From an uncultured Solirubrobacterales bacterium (GTDB lineage Bacteria > Actinomycetota > Thermoleophilia > Solirubrobacterales > Solirubrobacteraceae): a stretch of DNA of 64,000 nt. The position numbers and the translations under genes were made by a program. The notes under the pieces are model-generated. The model searched no databases, was not told where the DNA came from, and worked only from the letters and a program-made list of their open reading frames with translations. Below, one piece after another: positions 61,188-64,000 of this stretch. The stretch covers positions 1,025,275-1,089,274 of the forward strand of contig CAVVMD010000002.1 of assembly GCA_963749285.1 (NCBI GenBank), written 5' to 3'. The stretch's first letter is position 1. Every line of letters begins with the position of its first letter.

Positions 61188-63662
61188 ATGGCTGCGACCA
61201 GGAGGCGCTCGACAGCGCCGAGGAAAACGACTGCGAAAACCGCCGCGGCGAAAAGGCGCGCGCGTACGCGCTCCCGCGCGCGCGTACGCCGCGGGCGGAG
61301 CGTGGGACTCATGCCGCGGGATCTGGTCAGGCGAGTGTGGCCGCCGCGCAAGCCCGAGCTCGACCAGCGTCAACGTGACATGCTCGGATTCGGCATGATC
61401 GCCGTGGGCGTGTTCCTCGGCTTCGTCCTGTACGGCGGCTGGAATGGGGGACGCGTCGGCAGCGGATTGACCGAAGCCCTCGGCTGGTGCATCGGTGAAG
61501 CGAAGGTCTTCGTCCCGATCGCGCTCGTAGCGGGCGGCGGGGCGCTGCTGGCGCGGCCGGCGTGGCCGCAGATGCGCCCCCTCAGGACCGGTGCGACGTG
61601 CATCGCGGCGGCCGTGATGATGGCGCTGGCGGCCGGGACGCTCGGGGTCAGCTCGGGCGCGAGCCCCGAGCGCGGCGAATCATCGTGGTCGGCCGTGTTC
61701 CTGCAGTCGCATGGGGGCGTCGTCGGCGAGGCGCTGTACCGCGTCTCACACAGGCTGGTGCAGAGCGTGGGCGTGGACATCCTGATTGTGTTCCTGCTGT
61801 TTGTCGGGGCGACGCTGCTGACGGGCGCCTCGCCCGCGGGCGTGCTGCGCTCGGCCGGCGAGCGTCTCTGGAAGCTGGTGCGGGGCTTGCGCAGGCAGCC
61901 GGCGTCTGTGGAGCCCTTGGAATCACTGCTGGTGCCCGAGCCGGAGCCCGAGGATCTGATCGTGCGGGCGACGCACGTGGAGGCGCCGTCGCGGGACGGG
62001 GTGGAGATGGACGAGGACTTCGCCGCCGAGGCGCTCCCGGGGGAGACCGGCGCAGAGGTCGCGGTGGGTACCGGCGACGATGCCGAGGAGGAGGCGATCC
62101 CAGGCGTGGCGCACGCGGACGCGGACGCGGACACCAAGCTGACGCCACAGGGTCGCTACCGCGACAGCGTGACCGAAGACCCCGACTTCGTATGGGAGCT
62201 GCCGGACGCGAGCAGGCTGCTGACACGCTCCACCGGCGAGCAGTCACGCCCGGACACCGTCGGGCAGGAGCGCACGGCGCTGAGCCTGGTCGAGGCGCTG
62301 GGTCATTTCGGCGTGCAGGCGAAGGTGATCGGGACGGTCGCGGGACCGCACATCACCCGCTATGAGCTGCGCTTGGCGCCGGGCACGAAGGTCGCGAAGG
62401 TGGCGCAGCTCAAGGACGACCTCGCATATGCCCTGGCGGCGACGGACATCCGTATCCTCGCGCCGATCCCCGGCAAGCAGGCCGTCGGGGTGGAGGTGCC
62501 CAACGCGCGCCGCAAGATCGTTCGGCTCGGCGATGTGTTCCAGCAGCCGCCGCATGACTGGTCGCCGCTGACGGTGTGGCTCGGCAAGGACGTCGCCGGC
62601 AAGGCGATCGGCGCGGACCTCGCGAAGATGCCCCATCTGCTCGTGGCGGGTACGACCGGGGCAGGCAAGTCCGGCGCGATCAACGCGATGCTCTCAAGCG
62701 TTCTGCTGCGCGCCAGCCCGCACGAGGTGCGCCTCGTGCTGGTCGACCCCAAGCAGGTGGAGCTCAACCACTACGAGTCGATCCCGCACCTGCTGACGCC
62801 GGTGATCACAAGCCCGCGGATGGCCGCGAACGCGCTGGGAAACCTGGTGCGCGAGATGGAGCAGCGCTACGGGATCATGTCGTTGGCGCGCACACGCAGC
62901 CTGATCGAGCTGAACAAGGCGCGCTCCAAGCGCGACGAAGCCCCTTTGCCGTACATCCTCTGTGTGATCGACGAGCTCGCGGACCTGATGATGGTCGCGC
63001 CGGCGGACGTGGAGGACTCGATCATCCGTTTGGCGCAGAAGGCGCGCGCGGTCGGGATCCATCTCGTGCTGGCGACCCAGAGCCCGCGCGTAGACGTGAT
63101 CACCGGGATGATCAAGGCGAACGTGCCCTCGCGCATCGCGTTCGCGGTCTCCTCGCAGACCGACTCGCGCGTGATCCTCGACCAGAACGGCGCCGAGTCG
63201 CTGCTCGGGCAGGGCGACATGCTGTTCAGCCCCGTCGGGAGCTCGCGCCTGCAGCGGATCCAGGGCGCATATATCGACGAGGCGCAGATCGCGCGACTGA
63301 CGGAGCTGTGGCGCAAACAGGGCGAGCCCGAGCTGCGCGAGGAGTTGCTGGAGGAGGTCGTGCCCTCAGAGCCCGAGGGCACGCCGGACGAGTTCGACCC
63401 CGACGAGGACCCGCTGCTGAAGGATGCGATCGTGCTCGTGGCGGAGATGGGCACGGCGTCCACCTCGATGCTGCAGCGCAGGCTGCGGCTGGGCTATACG
63501 CGCGCCGGCAGGCTGATCGACATGCTCGAGCGCCGCGGCGTGATCTCCGGGTATGAAGGCTCCAAGCCCCGGCAGGTGCTCGTCGGCGAGGCGGATCTGC
63601 CGCGAGTGCTGGCCGGATTGGAATCCCCACCCATCCAGCCGTCGGCCCCCGTGGAGTTGTGA
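61188..63662 (+). CDS. ftsK: DNA translocase FtsK
   Basis: N-terminal TMs; alpha domain GP.ITRYE; GTTGAGKS; IDELADLM; gamma domain QRRLRLGYTRAGRL. Confidence 0.97.
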   Translation: MAATRRRSTAPRKTTAKTAAAKRRARTRSRARVRRGRSVGLMPRDLVRRVWPPRKPELDQRQRDMLGFGMIAVGVFLGFVLYGGWNGGRVGSGLTEALGWCIGEAKVFVPIALVAGGGALLARPAWPQMRPLRTGATCIAAAVMMALAAGTLGVSSGASPERGESSWSAVFLQSHGGVVGEALYRVSHRLVQSVGVDILIVFLLFVGATLLTGASPAGVLRSAGERLWKLVRGLRRQPASVEPLESLLVPEPEPEDLIVRATHVEAPSRDGVEMDEDFAAEALPGETGAEVAVGTGDDAEEEAIPGVAHADADADTKLTPQGRYRDSVTEDPDFVWELPDASRLLTRSTGEQSRPDTVGQERTALSLVEALGHFGVQAKVIGTVAGPHITRYELRLAPGTKVAKVAQLKDDLAYALAATDIRILAPIPGKQAVGVEVPNARRKIVRLGDVFQQPPHDWSPLTVWLGKDVAGKAIGADLAKMPHLLVAGTTGAGKSGAINAMLSSVLLRASPHEVRLVLVDPKQVELNHYESIPHLLTPVITSPRMAANALGNLVREMEQRYGIMSLARTRSLIELNKARSKRDEAPLPYILCVIDELADLMMVAPADVEDSIIRLAQKARAVGIHLVLATQSPRVDVITGMIKANVPSRIAFAVSSQTDSRVILDQNGAESLLGQGDMLFSPVGSSRLQRIQGAYIDEAQIARLTELWRKQGEPELREELLEEVVPSEPEGTPDEFDPDEDPLLKDAIVLVAEMGTASTSMLQRRLRLGYTRAGRLIDMLERRGVISGYEGSKPRQVLVGEADLPRVLAGLESPPIQPSAPVEL

Positions 63663-63716
63663 GCGTGGCCGTTCGAGCGTGAGCGGTCACAGGGCCTATC
63701 CGGTAGGGACGTGCGG

Positions 63717-63823
63717 CTGGGGCGTTCTAGGGTCGAGTGGAGCGCGGACGCAAGGGCGAAGGCATGGTGGTGTCATGTTGAGCCCGAGGACAAAGCTCCG
63801 CGAAGGCCATCGGGCGCATCCAG
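63717..63823 (-). mobile_element. Reverse-orientation copy 4 of the 106-bp element, flanked by an 8-bp direct repeat
   Basis: GGACGCAAGG.GCGAAG and CCGAGGACAAAGCTCCGCGAAGGCCATCGG match reverse complements of copies 1/2; ACGTGCGG at 63709-63716 and 63824-63831. Confidence 0.8.
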
Positions 63824-63919
63824 ACGTGCGGGCCTAGCGGGATATGTCCTTAGCACGCACTGCACGAAAGCGTGCTGAGCACCTTGTGAAAGCCGCAAAC
63901 CTCTAGCCTTCACGCCGGT

Positions 63920-64000
63920 ATGCCTGAGATCGGCGAGACGCTGCGCGAGGCGCGGATGCGCGAGCGGATCGACGTGTCCGAGATCGAGGCGATCACTAAG
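63920..64000 (+). CDS. RodZ-like helix-turn-helix protein, 3' part outside window
   Basis: MPEIGETLREARMRERIDVSEIEAITK; typical position after ftsK. Confidence 0.85.
   Translation, partial: MPEIGETLREARMRERIDVSEIEAITK

Overview
High-GC actinobacterial chromosome segment. Gene content and order (mihF-gmk-rpoZ-coaBC, compact CarB, rimP-nusA-infB-rbfA-truB-ribF-rpsO-pnp, dapB-dapA-rnj, ftsK-rodZ) suggest Thermoleophilia/Solirubrobacterales, which is an inference. The left ~20 kb holds the 3' part of rel, a SAM-I riboswitch controlling a thrC-like gene plus a sulfur-carrier gene, a His/Cys-rich membrane cluster beside a CtaG-type assembly factor, secreted enzymes and a GGDEF/HD-GYP gene. A 6.7-kb decayed island sits between 45-bp att repeats at tRNA-Arg(CCG); it carries a broken integrase, a RusA remnant, IS3/IS256/IS66 remnants and an intact MNT-HEPN toxin-antitoxin pair. 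The rest is core: the pyr operon with a PyrR site, and translation, lysine and division genes. The most unusual non-coding signals are (i) five back-to-back perfect loopless 22-24 bp palindromes at 1610-1727, with a related pair at 31862-31903, and (ii) a ~106-bp CTGAG...CTCAG miniature element in at least 4-5 copies with a covarying central hairpin. Several 1-bp frameshifts in housekeeping genes (carB/pyrK, pyrD, ylxR) suggest consensus errors, so frameshift-based claims need read-level checks. No rRNA or CRISPR array was seen. All family calls come from motif recognition, not database searches.
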